The position numbers and the translations under genes are program-made. The notes beneath the pieces are model-generated. The model worked only from the letters and a program-made list of their open reading frames with translations. It was not told the origin of the DNA and searched no databases. Shown in pieces: positions 1 to 9,739 of a stretch of 64,000 bases of DNA (positions are counted from its first letter, which is position 1; every line of letters starts with the position of its first letter). This DNA is from Candidatus Latescibacterota bacterium (GTDB lineage Bacteria; Latescibacterota; UBA2968; UBA8231), in contig OY730476.1 of assembly GCA_963422735.1 (NCBI GenBank), positions 960,001 through 1,024,000 of the forward strand. Direction: 5' to 3'.

Positions 1-1
1 G

Positions 2-1019
2 GCGGAGCAGGAGCAAGAGGACTGCACCGGTCCTAGGGCCGAAATCACGGGCCACATGTTCGCCTGGACGTCATCCGACTGCCTCCACTGGACTCCCGTT
101 GCAGAGCCGCTGGCGTACCGACCGGTCAACGGCGGCATATCGGCCCGTTACGACGAACACCGCGGCAACTACTTCGCCTACATCCAGCTAATGGGCTACC
201 CTGCCGAGCTGCTCGAAGGCATCGGTGTCAATAGGCATGCAGGTCCGCACCATCGGCTTCTCGCGCACCGACGACTTTGCCAACTGGCCCGCTCCTAAGC
301 TGGTCCATCACCCCGATACCGAGGACCCTCCCGACATCAGCTTTTACGGCGCCAACTACTTCCCTTACCCAGGCCGCGACGACCTGCACGGCATGCTCAT
401 CCCGGTGTACCACCAGATCGCCAGCACCATTGACGGGCAGATCGCCTTCAGCCGCGATGGCCTCTACTGGTACCGTCCTGAGCGCCGGCCCTGCCTGCCG
501 CTGGGTGCCGAGGGAGAGGGCGACGAATGCATGGCCCACTTCTGGCGCAGCGGCCTCGTCGAGCTGCCCGATGGATACTGGGCCTGTCCATACGCGGCGT
601 TCTCGGTCATTCACGATTGCCCAGCCGACAAGGTGGCCAAGCTCTTTCCTGCGCGGCAGCCACAGCAGATTCGCTGGGCGCGCTGGCGACCGCACCGGTT
701 CTGCGGGGTGCGCGCCAGCACCGAGGGATGCTTCTCCCTGCCCTCCCTCTTCCGCACCCACGATGAGCTGCGCCTCAACTATCGCTGCGAGCCGGGCGGC
801 TGGATTCAGATTGAACTGCTGGAGAAGCTGCCGTCGTTGATGCTCCCCGATGCCGACCCGATGCCGGGGTTCACCTTTGATGAATGCGATCGTCTAACGG
901 GTGATTGTGAAGACCGGGTGGTAACCTGGCAAGGCCGCTCCAATATCTCCGCGGCCGGAGAGGCGGTCGGTATCCGGGTGCGTATGCTCGGTGCCAAGCT
1001 ATTTGCCTATCGCGTCTAG
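2..1019 (+). pseudogene. Beta-propeller glycoside-hydrolase-like protein (GH32/43-like), 5' end outside window, frameshifted near 225-235
   Basis: The frame open from position 2 (AWTSSDCLHWTP...YDEHRGNYFAY) continues in another frame in ORF 225..1019 (RTIGFSRTDDFANW, AFSRDGLYW Asp-box-like repeats). Confidence 0.6.
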
Positions 1020-1104
1020 GGTTCACCATGGCCCTCACCTTCTACTGCCCCGCCTGCCAGACCCCCTATCCCCAAGCCCCGGCCCCTTACCGCCGCTTCG
1101 CCTG

Positions 1105-1250
1105 CGCGGCGAAGGATCGTCGATAACCAAGAGCACCAAACGCATCGACAGCGAGCGACGCTCCCTAGCCGAGCGATCGGCGACTTGGCCCTCCCACGCG
1201 AACAAATCGACGACCTGCTGCGCGAAATTTTAGAGGAGGTGACGCTATGA
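1105..1250 (+). pseudogene. C-terminal relic of a GntR/YtrA-type regulator
   Basis: Reads RGEGSSIT...IDSERRSLAER, then after a shift IGDLALPREQIDDLLREILEEVTL*. The stop overlaps the ABC ATPase start (ATGA), as in ytrA-ytrB operons. The HTH is missing. Confidence 0.6.
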
Positions 1251-1936
1251 TAGAAGTACAAAACCTGTGGAAGCGATACCCCGGTGTGACGGCCTTGGGG
1301 GGCATTTCCCTAACCGTCGAAAAGGGCCGGGTCATGGGCATTCTCGGCGAGAATGGGAGCGGCAAAAGTACGCTCTTCAAAATCCTCGCCGGCGTCGCCC
1401 ACGCCAGCGAAGGCAGCGCGAGCATCTCGGGCCAGCCGGTCGGCGTGCAAACGCGCCGCATCACTTCGTACCTGCCCGAGATCAATCCGTTCTACGACTG
1501 GATGCACGTCAGCGAGCAGTTCGAATTTCTAGCTGCGTTCTTTCCGGGGTGGGACATGGGCAAATCCCGCGAGCTACTCGGCCTGATGAAGGTCGATAGC
1601 CACCGGAAGATCGGCACCCTGTCCGATGGTCAGCGGGCGCGATTGAAAGTGGTAGCCGCCTTTTCGCGGCCGAGTAAGGTGGTGCTAATGGACGAGCCAC
1701 TCGGACGGATCGACCCGCCGTCGCGGCGGCGCATCCTAGAGACCCTGCTGAGTGAGTTTCGCGTCGGCGAGCAGACGATCCTGATATCGACCCATCTCGT
1801 CAGCGAGGTGGAAGAGCTAATAGAAAAAGTGGCCTTCCTGCGCCACGGCGAGATCGCAGTCAGCGGTAACATCGAAGAGTTGCGGCAAAATCGCGGCATG
1901 TCGCTCAGCGACATTTTTGAGGAGGTGGTAGCGTGA
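1247..1936 (+). CDS. ABC transporter ATP-binding protein (YtrB/ABC-2 type)
   Basis: Walker A GENGSGKST, signature LSDGQ, Walker B VLMDEP, H-loop ISTH; RBS GGAGG. Confidence 0.93.
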   Translation: MIEVQNLWKRYPGVTALGGISLTVEKGRVMGILGENGSGKSTLFKILAGVAHASEGSASISGQPVGVQTRRITSYLPEINPFYDWMHVSEQFEFLAAFFPGWDMGKSRELLGLMKVDSHRKIGTLSDGQRARLKVVAAFSRPSKVVLMDEPLGRIDPPSRRRILETLLSEFRVGEQTILISTHLVSEVEELIEKVAFLRHGEIAVSGNIEELRQNRGMSLSDIFEEVVA

Positions 1937-2736
1937 ATATTTGGAAGACGCTGTATATAAAGGAAATAAAAGACAATCGCACCCTGTTCATCTTGCTACC
2001 GTTGGCGACGGCCTTTCTCGAGCTGGTTGCGGTGCTGTCTTTCGACGACGCACAGGGGCCCTCTCCCCACGCTCTGTGGAGCTTGGTTCCCTATGCGTTT
2101 TTGCTGATCCTGCCCTTTGCGCTCAGCCACTCGTTCGCCCAAGAAGTGAAAGGACAGACCCATTATCTGCTGCTCTCGCTGCCGGTATCGCGTACGCAGA
2201 TCTTCGCAGCCAAGGCCGCGGCCTTGGCAACGCTCGGCATCATCTTATTCGCGCTGAGCAGCGCTGGTTTCATCGGGGTTCTCGGCCAACTGCACGCGCT
2301 CGCCGCCCAAGCGGAGAGAATAACATCCGATGCCCTACAGTTTAGTCTCCTCCCGTTCAGCAGCATCGCGGTGGACTTACTCGTTCTCAGCGGCATGTTT
2401 TATCTGTCGGCCATGGCGGTGATGCTGGGCATTGCCGGCGGGGCCTCCGGCCTGAAGTTGGTGGTACGGCGCTTTGCCGGACTCGCTTCTACCGCATTCG
2501 TCTTAGGCGTGTTGTACTTCTACTTTAGCACACTGCCCGAGGTGCTCGACTTACCTGAGATCCTTGGCACGTACGAAGTATCGTTCGGGACCGACCTCAA
2601 CGTTCTTAGCATGCAGAATAACATAGATTCGGAGCCTATTGAGGTCAGTTTCACGTTCCTCGCGTACTCGAGCCTCGTCGGGCTGGCGTCTATGGGGATC
2701 GGGATGTGGCTGTTTGAAAAGCGGGCCGAAGCCTAG
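1933..2736 (+). CDS. ABC-2 type transporter permease
   Basis: About 6 hydrophobic segments; EVKGQTHYLLLSLPVSR motif; GTGA overlap with the ATPase. Confidence 0.85.
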   Translation: MNIWKTLYIKEIKDNRTLFILLPLATAFLELVAVLSFDDAQGPSPHALWSLVPYAFLLILPFALSHSFAQEVKGQTHYLLLSLPVSRTQIFAAKAAALATLGIILFALSSAGFIGVLGQLHALAAQAERITSDALQFSLLPFSSIAVDLLVLSGMFYLSAMAVMLGIAGGASGLKLVVRRFAGLASTAFVLGVLYFYFSTLPEVLDLPEILGTYEVSFGTDLNVLSMQNNIDSEPIEVSFTFLAYSSLVGLASMGIGMWLFEKRAEA

Positions 2737-3625
2737 CGGATCGCTTGCGCTCGGCCCACGTGAGTCGCTTGCGGCGATGCAACGCAACATCGTCGCGGTA
2801 GGCGTCGGGGTCGCGGTCCAAGCCGGTCTCGCGGTCGAGGAAGAGCGGGAAGTCAGAGAGCGGGGGTTTGGCGTTGTGGTAGGCGTGGGTGTAGGAGCGC
2901 ATGATGATGCGCTGCTCGCGGTTGAGCGTCTCAAGCCAAGCGGGATCGGACTGGAGGCGGTCGGCTGGGGTGATCCAAGCCGGACAATAGGCGTAGAAGA
3001 TATTCTTGCGCACCGCGTCGCTCTCGTTGGGCTCGACGCGATGCCAAATGCTCGAGTGCATGACGGTCATAGTGCCCTTGCGCAGGCAGACCACCCGTTC
3101 GCCGGGAATCGGCTGGTGGCTGTCGTACTCATCGACGTATTGCTTGCGGTGGCTGCCGGGCAAAACCACTAGGTTGCCCATTTTTGCCCGTGGCAGGTCG
3201 GTCAGCCAGAAGCCGATCTTGATTTGCAGCGGCAAATCGGGCGAAAAGGTGCCGTAGGGCACGGCGCGGGCACCGTCGGGATGCCAGATATTATAGCGGT
3301 CGCCACCGGGCGGACGAATAAAAAACTGGCTCTGGTGTAGCTTGAGCAGTTCGCCAAAAAGATCGTAGGCGTAGCCAATGTGACGGGGGTGATCAATCAG
3401 CGCGGCGAAGACGGGATCGCGCTCGACGATATTCTCGCAGCCGAAGGTCTGCCCTGCCCGGTATTTGGGGCTGGATTGGCAAACGCGATCGACGGCGGCC
3501 GCGAGTTCATCGAAAGCCTCTTGGTCGAGAGCGTCTTCAAAAAAGAGGATCCCCTCGCGGTTGAAGGTTTCCCACTCGTCGTCTGTAAAGCCAGGCGGGA
3601 CGATGCGGTAGGTAGAATCGGTCAT
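2690..3625 (-). CDS. Phytanoyl-CoA dioxygenase (PhyH) family Fe(II)/2-OG dioxygenase
   Basis: WHPD, VLPGSH and IWHR..PN..R motifs. Confidence 0.88.
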   Translation of the reverse strand: MTDSTYRIVPPGFTDDEWETFNREGILFFEDALDQEAFDELAAAVDRVCQSSPKYRAGQTFGCENIVERDPVFAALIDHPRHIGYAYDLFGELLKLHQSQFFIRPPGGDRYNIWHPDGARAVPYGTFSPDLPLQIKIGFWLTDLPRAKMGNLVVLPGSHRKQYVDEYDSHQPIPGERVVCLRKGTMTVMHSSIWHRVEPNESDAVRKNIFYAYCPAWITPADRLQSDPAWLETLNREQRIIMRSYTHAYHNAKPPLSDFPLFLDRETGLDRDPDAYRDDVALHRRKRLTWAERKRSARLRPAFQTATSRSP

Positions 3626-3724
3626 CGTTCAAGCTCCTGTATGAAAGGTCAATAGGTGTGGGCTAGCCAAGGGCGGCCCGGTACCAGTCCTTTATTGATG
3701 GCTTTTCTGGCCTCACCGATCCAG

Positions 3725-4471
3725 CTATGCGCGGCGCTGGTACGCAATGGCGTAAAAAGCCTCGGTCCGGCCGCTGCGGTTCGGCTCGCTGCGGTGCCAA
3801 GTGTAATTGCTGAAGAACAGGCCGTCCCCCGGCCTAGTGGCGATTAGCTTCTCGCGGACAAAATCTACCTGCTCTGTGGGCACCCGATGGCGCTTAAAAG
3901 GCTGGAAGCCGTCGTCGCCCACGTGGCCCATGGGCGGATCGTCGTAGTACGACTCGTGCTCGATGAGCCGCCAGCCTCGGTGGCTGGCCGGCATCACGGC
4001 CAAAGCGCTGGCTTCTTCCCCGACTTCCGTCAGGGGGATCCAGCAGTTGCAACCCAACTCTGGCGCTATTTTCCAGTAGAACGAATCCTGGTGGAAATAG
4101 CTGCGGCCCCCCTGCTCTTCGACGATTGCGGTGTGCTTGACCCCTATTTGATCGGTAAAGCGCTCTACTGGCCCCCCCAGCAAGGCCGCCATGACTTCGG
4201 CCAAGCGCGGATGATCGGCGATGCGCGCGAATACATCCTCTTGGCTGGCTGGCTGCTGAATGCCGCCCGGCAGCGGACGGCCCTCGGCGGCTGTATAACG
4301 GCTTGGATCGAGCACTTGGAAATGCTTTGCCGGCCACTCGGGTAAGGCTCCCGCTATTTCCATAGTGCGCTGGCGTACGGCCTCGATCCGATCGGCCGGG
4401 ATCAATTCTTTAATCAGGCAATAGCCGTCTTCTCGGTATTGCCGCAGGTGCGTCTTTGTTGCTAAAGCCAT
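3725..4471 (-). CDS. PhyH family dioxygenase
   Basis: YREDGY start; FHQD, CWIPL, MPASH and TWHRSEPNRSGRT motifs. Confidence 0.9.
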   Translation of the reverse strand: MALATKTHLRQYREDGYCLIKELIPADRIEAVRQRTMEIAGALPEWPAKHFQVLDPSRYTAAEGRPLPGGIQQPASQEDVFARIADHPRLAEVMAALLGGPVERFTDQIGVKHTAIVEEQGGRSYFHQDSFYWKIAPELGCNCWIPLTEVGEEASALAVMPASHRGWRLIEHESYYDDPPMGHVGDDGFQPFKRHRVPTEQVDFVREKLIATRPGDGLFFSNYTWHRSEPNRSGRTEAFYAIAYQRRA

Positions 4472-4503
4472 AATTTCTCCTCCCGCCAGTTATGGGTCTG
4501 CCC

Positions 4504-5688
4504 CTACCCCGCCTCGACATCGGAGCGATAGGGCACGCGCCCGTGTAGCAGCGCATCGCAGGCCGCCCCCATCGCTGGATTGCCGCCGGTCAAACGCCCC
4601 GTCGCCCGGGCCTGAGCCGCGGTCAAGCCGCCGGCAAACAATTGCGCAAAGGTGTTAATGTCGCAGCACAGCGCGTCTTTTTTTGACTGCGCCGCAACCT
4701 GCACCTGACCTCCTTCCACCTGCACAGTCGCGGCCAGCGGCTGGGCGGCATTCACCACCCAATCGGCTATCTCAAACGAGATCGTCGCCCGCAGCTTTTC
4801 AGGTGGCTTCAGATGCGCTAGGGCCTCGGCCACGTCCAAAACCCGCAGCCCTAGGTCGTGCTCGACGGAACCATCAAAGCGCTCAGGGAAAGCGTGAAGC
4901 AACAAGCTGTCGGGCGGCAGTTCAAGTTTCATTGCACCTACTCCGTCCATATCGGCCAAGGACCGCACGAGCTTCAATTGGGCAGCAAAAGAAGCTCCGT
5001 GTAGCTCCCGCACGGTAATGCGTTTGCCCTGAGCGCGCCCCATATCCCCCATCTCAACCAAGGCGGAGCAGTCCACCCCCCCACCGCTTCCCTCCCCCAC
5101 CCAAAGCTCGCGCCCTATCTCCTCCTTTTGCCAAAACTTTTCCGCACGCACCGACTGCCCATTCCGCAACTGCGCCCCTTCGCTGTACAGCCGATGCACG
5201 GCACTCGCGTCGTCCGCGGTCGCCCGTCGCACCGTCCCGGCCTCGGCCGTGGCTTGGCGGACCAGATCCGGCCATACTTTCAGGTCTAATCTCGGTGCCG
5301 GACAAGCCCAACCGAACTTGCCGTACCACCGGAAGGAGAAAGGCCACAGCGGGCTGATACAGCAACCGCGTTCCCGCAGTATGTGAATGGCCTGCACTAT
5401 AAGCCCACCGGCATGACCGCGCCGCTGATGCTTGGGATCGGTGGCCACGCCGCCAATGGCCCCGGCCGGGATCTGCGCCGGACCCCACCACAGCACTTCG
5501 GGCAAATAGCTCAAGGCGCACACCAAAGTTCCCTCCCGATCGAAGCCGGCCAAGGTCGTCTCATCCTCCCCGTACCAATCTTCGGCGTGTTCCATAAAGG
5601 CGCGTCCGGCCACTAGGCGGGCACGGGGTATATCCTCCGGCCCTATCTGGCGGACATTTAGGTCTTTATTGTAATGGGGTTGCTGCAT
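4504..5688 (-). CDS. Eis-like GNAT acetyltransferase with C-terminal SCP2-like domain
   Basis: IGGVATDPKHQRRGHA and LWPFSFRWYGKFGW acetyl-CoA motifs, RVLDVAEAL; ATG at 5688 with AGGAG RBS. Confidence 0.85.
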   Translation of the reverse strand: MQQPHYNKDLNVRQIGPEDIPRARLVAGRAFMEHAEDWYGEDETTLAGFDREGTLVCALSYLPEVLWWGPAQIPAGAIGGVATDPKHQRRGHAGGLIVQAIHILRERGCCISPLWPFSFRWYGKFGWACPAPRLDLKVWPDLVRQATAEAGTVRRATADDASAVHRLYSEGAQLRNGQSVRAEKFWQKEEIGRELWVGEGSGGGVDCSALVEMGDMGRAQGKRITVRELHGASFAAQLKLVRSLADMDGVGAMKLELPPDSLLLHAFPERFDGSVEHDLGLRVLDVAEALAHLKPPEKLRATISFEIADWVVNAAQPLAATVQVEGGQVQVAAQSKKDALCCDINTFAQLFAGGLTAAQARATGRLTGGNPAMGAACDALLHGRVPYRSDVEAG

Positions 5689-5777
5689 AGTCGTTCTCCT
5701 CTTCAGGGCATTGTCTTGCCATCCCAAGTATCGCTATTATACCCAACAACGAGAAGCGGCCAATCTGGAGAGACAAA

Positions 5778-6902
5778 ATGAAAATCATCAATCGCGGCGT
5801 CATCAACCGCGGCCAGCCCAATACGCCGCGCGCCTTTTCGACCTTTCCCGCGCTCACCCCGCTAGCCGACGGTTCGCTGCTGGCCACCTATCGCGTCGGC
5901 AGCAGCAAGGATTCGGCGGACGGTACGCTCGAACTCAAGCGCTCGGACGATGGCGGACGATCTTGGAGCGACCCCGCAACCCCTTTCGCCACGACCTTAA
6001 ACGGGCTGAACGGATCGCTCCGGGTGGGCTATATCACCGACTTGGGCAACGGCCATTTGTTGCTGGCCGCCCTGTGGGTTGACCGCCAGACCTATCCGGG
6101 CCAACCCCTCTTTAACGACGAGACCGAGGGCTGCCTGCCCATGGAGATCGTCTTAGCCGATTCCCACGACCTAGGGCGCACCTGGTCCGACTGGCGCGTC
6201 GCGTCCGTTCCCCCGGATGTTGGCCCGCCCAGCCTGACCAACCCCGTACTCGTCCTGCCCAGCGGTCGGTTGGCCTTGAGCATTGAGACCAATAAGACCT
6301 ATTGGGACCGGGGCCAGTGGCTGCAACGGGTGGTGTACATGTACTCGACGGATCGCGGCCAGACCTGGGGCGATCCCGTTACCACCTGCGAGGACCCCAC
6401 CGGCCGCCTCTTCAACTGGGATCAACGAGCCGGCGTCTGCCCCGATGGCCGCGTGGTCACCTTCACTTGGACCTACGACCGGCAGACGACCCAGTACCTC
6501 AATATCCAGCGCCACCTCAGCGCGGACGAAGGGGCCACTTGGTCCGCCTCCGATGATCTCGGTTTTCCCGACCAAGCCGCGCATCCGGCTATTTTGCCCG
6601 ACGGCCGCGTGGTCTTGGCTTGGGTCGATCGCTTCCAATCGCACTCGATCCGCGCCCGCCTAGCCCCGGCGGCAGACGCCCCCTTTGACGCGGCCACTGA
6701 AGTAGAGATCTACCGCCAGACAGCCGCATCTTCGCAAACCGCTGCTGGCCAAGGGGACACCGGCGACCTACTGGCCGAAATGGGCCTGTGGAGTTTTGGT
6801 CTGCCCTTTTCAGCGACCCTGCCCGACGGCGACGTCATGGTCGTCTATTACGCCGGCGACGACGCCTGTATGGAAGTGCGGTGGGCCCGTTTGCCTTTAT
6901 AA
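5778..6902 (+). CDS. BNR/Asp-box sialidase-like protein
   Basis: Asp-boxes SDDGGRSW, SHDLGRTW, STDRGQTW, SADEGATW. Confidence 0.85.
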   Translation: MKIINRGVINRGQPNTPRAFSTFPALTPLADGSLLATYRVGSSKDSADGTLELKRSDDGGRSWSDPATPFATTLNGLNGSLRVGYITDLGNGHLLLAALWVDRQTYPGQPLFNDETEGCLPMEIVLADSHDLGRTWSDWRVASVPPDVGPPSLTNPVLVLPSGRLALSIETNKTYWDRGQWLQRVVYMYSTDRGQTWGDPVTTCEDPTGRLFNWDQRAGVCPDGRVVTFTWTYDRQTTQYLNIQRHLSADEGATWSASDDLGFPDQAAHPAILPDGRVVLAWVDRFQSHSIRARLAPAADAPFDAATEVEIYRQTAASSQTAAGQGDTGDLLAEMGLWSFGLPFSATLPDGDVMVVYYAGDDACMEVRWARLPL

Positions 6903-6917
6903 GGAGGACGCTTTCCC

Positions 6918-7352
6918 ATGCAGCAATCGCCCGCGCACCCGAATCTACTCTACGTCCACTCCGACCAGCACAATCCCTGCGTCATGGGCTGGGCTGGCGA
7001 TCCAGTGGTGGAGACGCCGCATTTCCAAGCCTTGCGAAGCTACCGCCTTGGGCCGCATGGGCCGGACCTGAAGGGGGCGGTGCGCTTTTTGGCCTCGCCC
7101 GCAGCCGACCATACCACCGGGCACAACCTAGTGGTGGACGGCGGCTTTTGCATTACGAGCATCAAACCCCGGAAGCCTTGGCAGCGCCCGACCCAGTACG
7201 GCGTCAGCCTTTGGGCGAGCTGGGCAGCGGCAGCAGGCGACGACCCCTTGGTGCATCCGCTGTCGCGTTATTGGCGGCCCAAAGACGAGGATAACCCGCT
7301 CATAAGCTTGGGCGGAGAATTATCGGTTTATACTGAAGGAGGAGACCGTCTC
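6918..7352 (+). pseudogene. In-frame mosaic of a sulfatase N-terminus and an SDR C-terminus
   Basis: PNLLYVHSDQH...GDPVVETPH (sulfatase) is followed by DLKGAVRFLASPAADHTTGHNLVVDGG (SDR tail). Confidence 0.7.
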
Positions 7353-8147
7353 GTGACCCAACAAAACCTGCGCCACCTCACCCCCGCTCAAGCCGAGCGC
7401 TTCCACCTCGACGGCTGTCTGACCGTCGAGGATGTACTGACCCCGGACGAGATAGCCGCTTTAGCGGCCCATGCCGACCGCATTGCTGCTGGCGAGCTGG
7501 AGCATATCCCCGACACCAGCATCCAACTCGAAGCCGTCTTCCGTCGCGGCGAAAAAGCAGTCACCGACCAAGTGCTGGCCGTGCGCAAACTGTACAACTT
7601 AGCAGTGTACGACGACGTGATGTGGGCCCACGTCACCCACCCCAAAATCGCCGACATCGCCGCCGATTTGCTCGGCACCAACGACATCAAAATGTACGGC
7701 GACCAGCTCTTTATGAAAGCTCCGCGCACCGGCACAGCTCAGGGCTGGCATCAGGATTCGGCCTCTTGGCGCGACATTTTCCCCATGGACTTGGTCTCTG
7801 CTTGGACCGCCATTGACGCGGCCACCCTCGACAACGGCTGCCTCAACTTTGCCCCGGGCACCCACCGCTGGGGCATGTTGCGGGGTGAGCGCCTAGCCCC
7901 TTTTGTCGCCGACTTAGAAAGCGGCGGGTGGCCCATCCGACCCGCTCCCCTCCGCCCCGGCAGCATTAGTTTCCACCACAGCCTAGCGCTGCATCAGAGC
8001 AATGCCAATCGGACCGGTACGCGGCGCAGGGGCTATGCTGTACACTATATGCGCGCGACTTCTTGGCGCGACGAGGCGGTCACCGACGCGCCTAAGATGC
8101 CTCCCTTTAAGCAGGTGCGGGGCCGGTCTTTTCCCGGCAGGGTTTAA
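7353..8147 (+). CDS. PhyH family dioxygenase
   Basis: GTG at 7353 after AAGGAGGAG; DQLFMK, WHQD, AWTAID, NGCL..APGTH and LHQSNANRT..RR motifs. Confidence 0.9.
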   Translation: MTQQNLRHLTPAQAERFHLDGCLTVEDVLTPDEIAALAAHADRIAAGELEHIPDTSIQLEAVFRRGEKAVTDQVLAVRKLYNLAVYDDVMWAHVTHPKIADIAADLLGTNDIKMYGDQLFMKAPRTGTAQGWHQDSASWRDIFPMDLVSAWTAIDAATLDNGCLNFAPGTHRWGMLRGERLAPFVADLESGGWPIRPAPLRPGSISFHHSLALHQSNANRTGTRRRGYAVHYMRATSWRDEAVTDAPKMPPFKQVRGRSFPGRV

Positions 8148-8293
8148 TGGGCAGAGCACTCTATAGCCGCACGCCACAATATAATACATGAAGGGAAACA
8201 GAAAGGACGCTCGCGTTGTTTTCCGCAAGAAGCTATCGTCAACAGATGTGCAAAAGAAGGCTGCTAAGTGCCCCTGAAATCGAGCGTATCTGC

Positions 8294-8344
8294 GAAGTCG
8301 CCCTACCGCTCGACGCGATTAACGCCGCCTCGGCGCGGGAGAAG
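8294..8344 (+). pseudogene. N-terminal relic of a DUF1156 adenine-methylase-type gene
   Basis: Translates EVALPLDAINAASAREK, matching the recalled N-terminus of DUF1156 proteins. Confidence 0.65.
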
Positions 8345-8409
8345 CCGACGAGACCTCTATCGGCGGCAAGCCAAGAAAACGTCATAAAATGAATAAAAAC
8401 AATAACTTA
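8341..8409 (+). mobile_element. IS1595-family transposase relic
   Basis: Translates EADETSIGGKPRKRHK, similar to the IS1595/ISXO2 DETYxGGK catalytic motif. Confidence 0.6.
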
Positions 8410-8425
8410 CCCCCCCCCCCCCCCC
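8410..8425 (+). repeat. Poly-C homopolymer (C16)
   Basis: 16 consecutive C directly 5' of the GT2 homology. Confidence 0.95.
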
Positions 8426-8426
8426 G

Positions 8427-9671
8427 TGTGATCTGACGATCCTAATCCTCTGTCGCAATGAGGAGAAGTCCATCACCCACTGCGTCGGCGAGGCGCGGGG
8501 GTTTCTGGAACGAAACGCGATTGCCGGAGAAGTTCTGGTGGTGGACAACGACAGTCAGGACCAGTCAGCGGCCCACTCGGCAGCGGCCGGGGCGCGGGTT
8601 GTCCGGGAACCTCATCAGGGCTACGGCAACGCCATCCTCGCTGGCATTGAGGCCGCCCAGGGGGATATTATCATCCTAGGGGACGGCGACGGCGAGCACG
8701 ACCTGGGCGCGCTGGAGCCGCTCTGGGAGAAGTTGCAGGACGGCTGCGATTTCGTGTTCGGAAACCGGTTTTCCGGGAGGAGCAATGACTACCCCGGGTC
8801 GTTTCTGCGCCGCTACGTTGGCAATCCGTTGCTGTCGGGGGCCGGAAAGTTGTTTTTACGCGCACCCGTGGGCGACTTCCACTGTGGATTGAGGGGATTC
8901 AGGGCCGCCAGCGTCCGGGCACTTGAGCTGCAAAGCCCTGGAATGGAGCTGGCTAGCGAAATGATCGCCAAGGCCATCCGCGGGAACATGCGCATCGCCG
9001 AGGTTCCGGTAATGCAGCACCGGGCCATCGACCCCGACCGCGCCTCGCATTTGCGGATCTGGCGAGACGGTTGGCGTCATCTGCGCCTGCTGCTGCTGCT
9101 GTCCCCGCGCTGGCTGTTCCTCTACCCCGGCGCCCTCCTGTTCGTTGCGGGTGTCGTCTTGATGGCCGTGCCGATTATCCACCTGGTGGAAGAGGGAGGC
9201 GGTTTCGGGGCCTACACGATGCTGTTCGGCTCGGTTTTTGTTGTCTCTGGCGGGCAGGTGGTGCTCTTTTCTCTGCTGGCCAGCGCGTTTTATGCAAACA
9301 TCGGCCTGATCGACGGATACTGGCGGGGAGTCATCCACCGTAAAGGCGTACCTGAAGCCCTCTTTGTCGGCGGTTTCGCCCTCGCGCTGCTGGGAATGGC
9401 GGGCAGCGTCTGGAGCCTGTTCGTCTGGGCGCAGACTGGCACGGCTGCCATCGAGGCGCGGCTGCGCGTCGCCATTCCCTCGGTGGCCCTGTTGATTCTG
9501 GGGGTGCAGTTGATGTTTTCCATATCCTTTCTGGCGCTGCTGGTCACCCAGACCAGATCGCGGGCACGGGTAAAGAAACCCCCAACCCCGCGAAGCCTGT
9601 GCAGCGACCCCTCCCGACCGGCCAAGGACGGACCCCGGCATGACGGGAAGGCGCAAGGCCCGCCTGAGTGA
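8427..9671 (+). CDS. GT2 glycosyltransferase (polyprenol-phosphate sugar synthase-like) with C-terminal TM helices; start codon unresolved
   Basis: CDLTILILCRNEE...VLVVDNDS, GYGNAI, GDGDGEHD, DFHCGLRGF and RIWRDGWRHL motifs. In-frame TAA at 8403; the ATG at 8389 is out of frame. Confidence 0.85.
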   Translation, partial: CDLTILILCRNEEKSITHCVGEARGFLERNAIAGEVLVVDNDSQDQSAAHSAAAGARVVREPHQGYGNAILAGIEAAQGDIIILGDGDGEHDLGALEPLWEKLQDGCDFVFGNRFSGRSNDYPGSFLRRYVGNPLLSGAGKLFLRAPVGDFHCGLRGFRAASVRALELQSPGMELASEMIAKAIRGNMRIAEVPVMQHRAIDPDRASHLRIWRDGWRHLRLLLLLSPRWLFLYPGALLFVAGVVLMAVPIIHLVEEGGGFGAYTMLFGSVFVVSGGQVVLFSLLASAFYANIGLIDGYWRGVIHRKGVPEALFVGGFALALLGMAGSVWSLFVWAQTGTAAIEARLRVAIPSVALLILGVQLMFSISFLALLVTQTRSRARVKKPPTPRSLCSDPSRPAKDGPRHDGKAQGPPE

Positions 9672-9672
9672 T

Positions 9673-9738
9673 TTCCCCTTTGGTCATTATTACGTGGCTG
9701 CTTTGCCGTTCTATCCAGAACCCGGCCTTGCCAAACGC
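9673..9738 (-). pseudogene. hicA: HicA toxin relic
   Basis: Translates AFGKAGFWIERQSSHVIMTKGE directly downstream of the hicB relic. Confidence 0.6.
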
Positions 9739-9739
9739 T

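Noticed and set aside
2639-3172. Numerous 60-350 aa alternative-frame ORFs (this one, 48094..49158, 59125..60042 and others)
   Set aside because: Shadow ORFs expected at high GC; they overlap well-supported genes and lack motifs.
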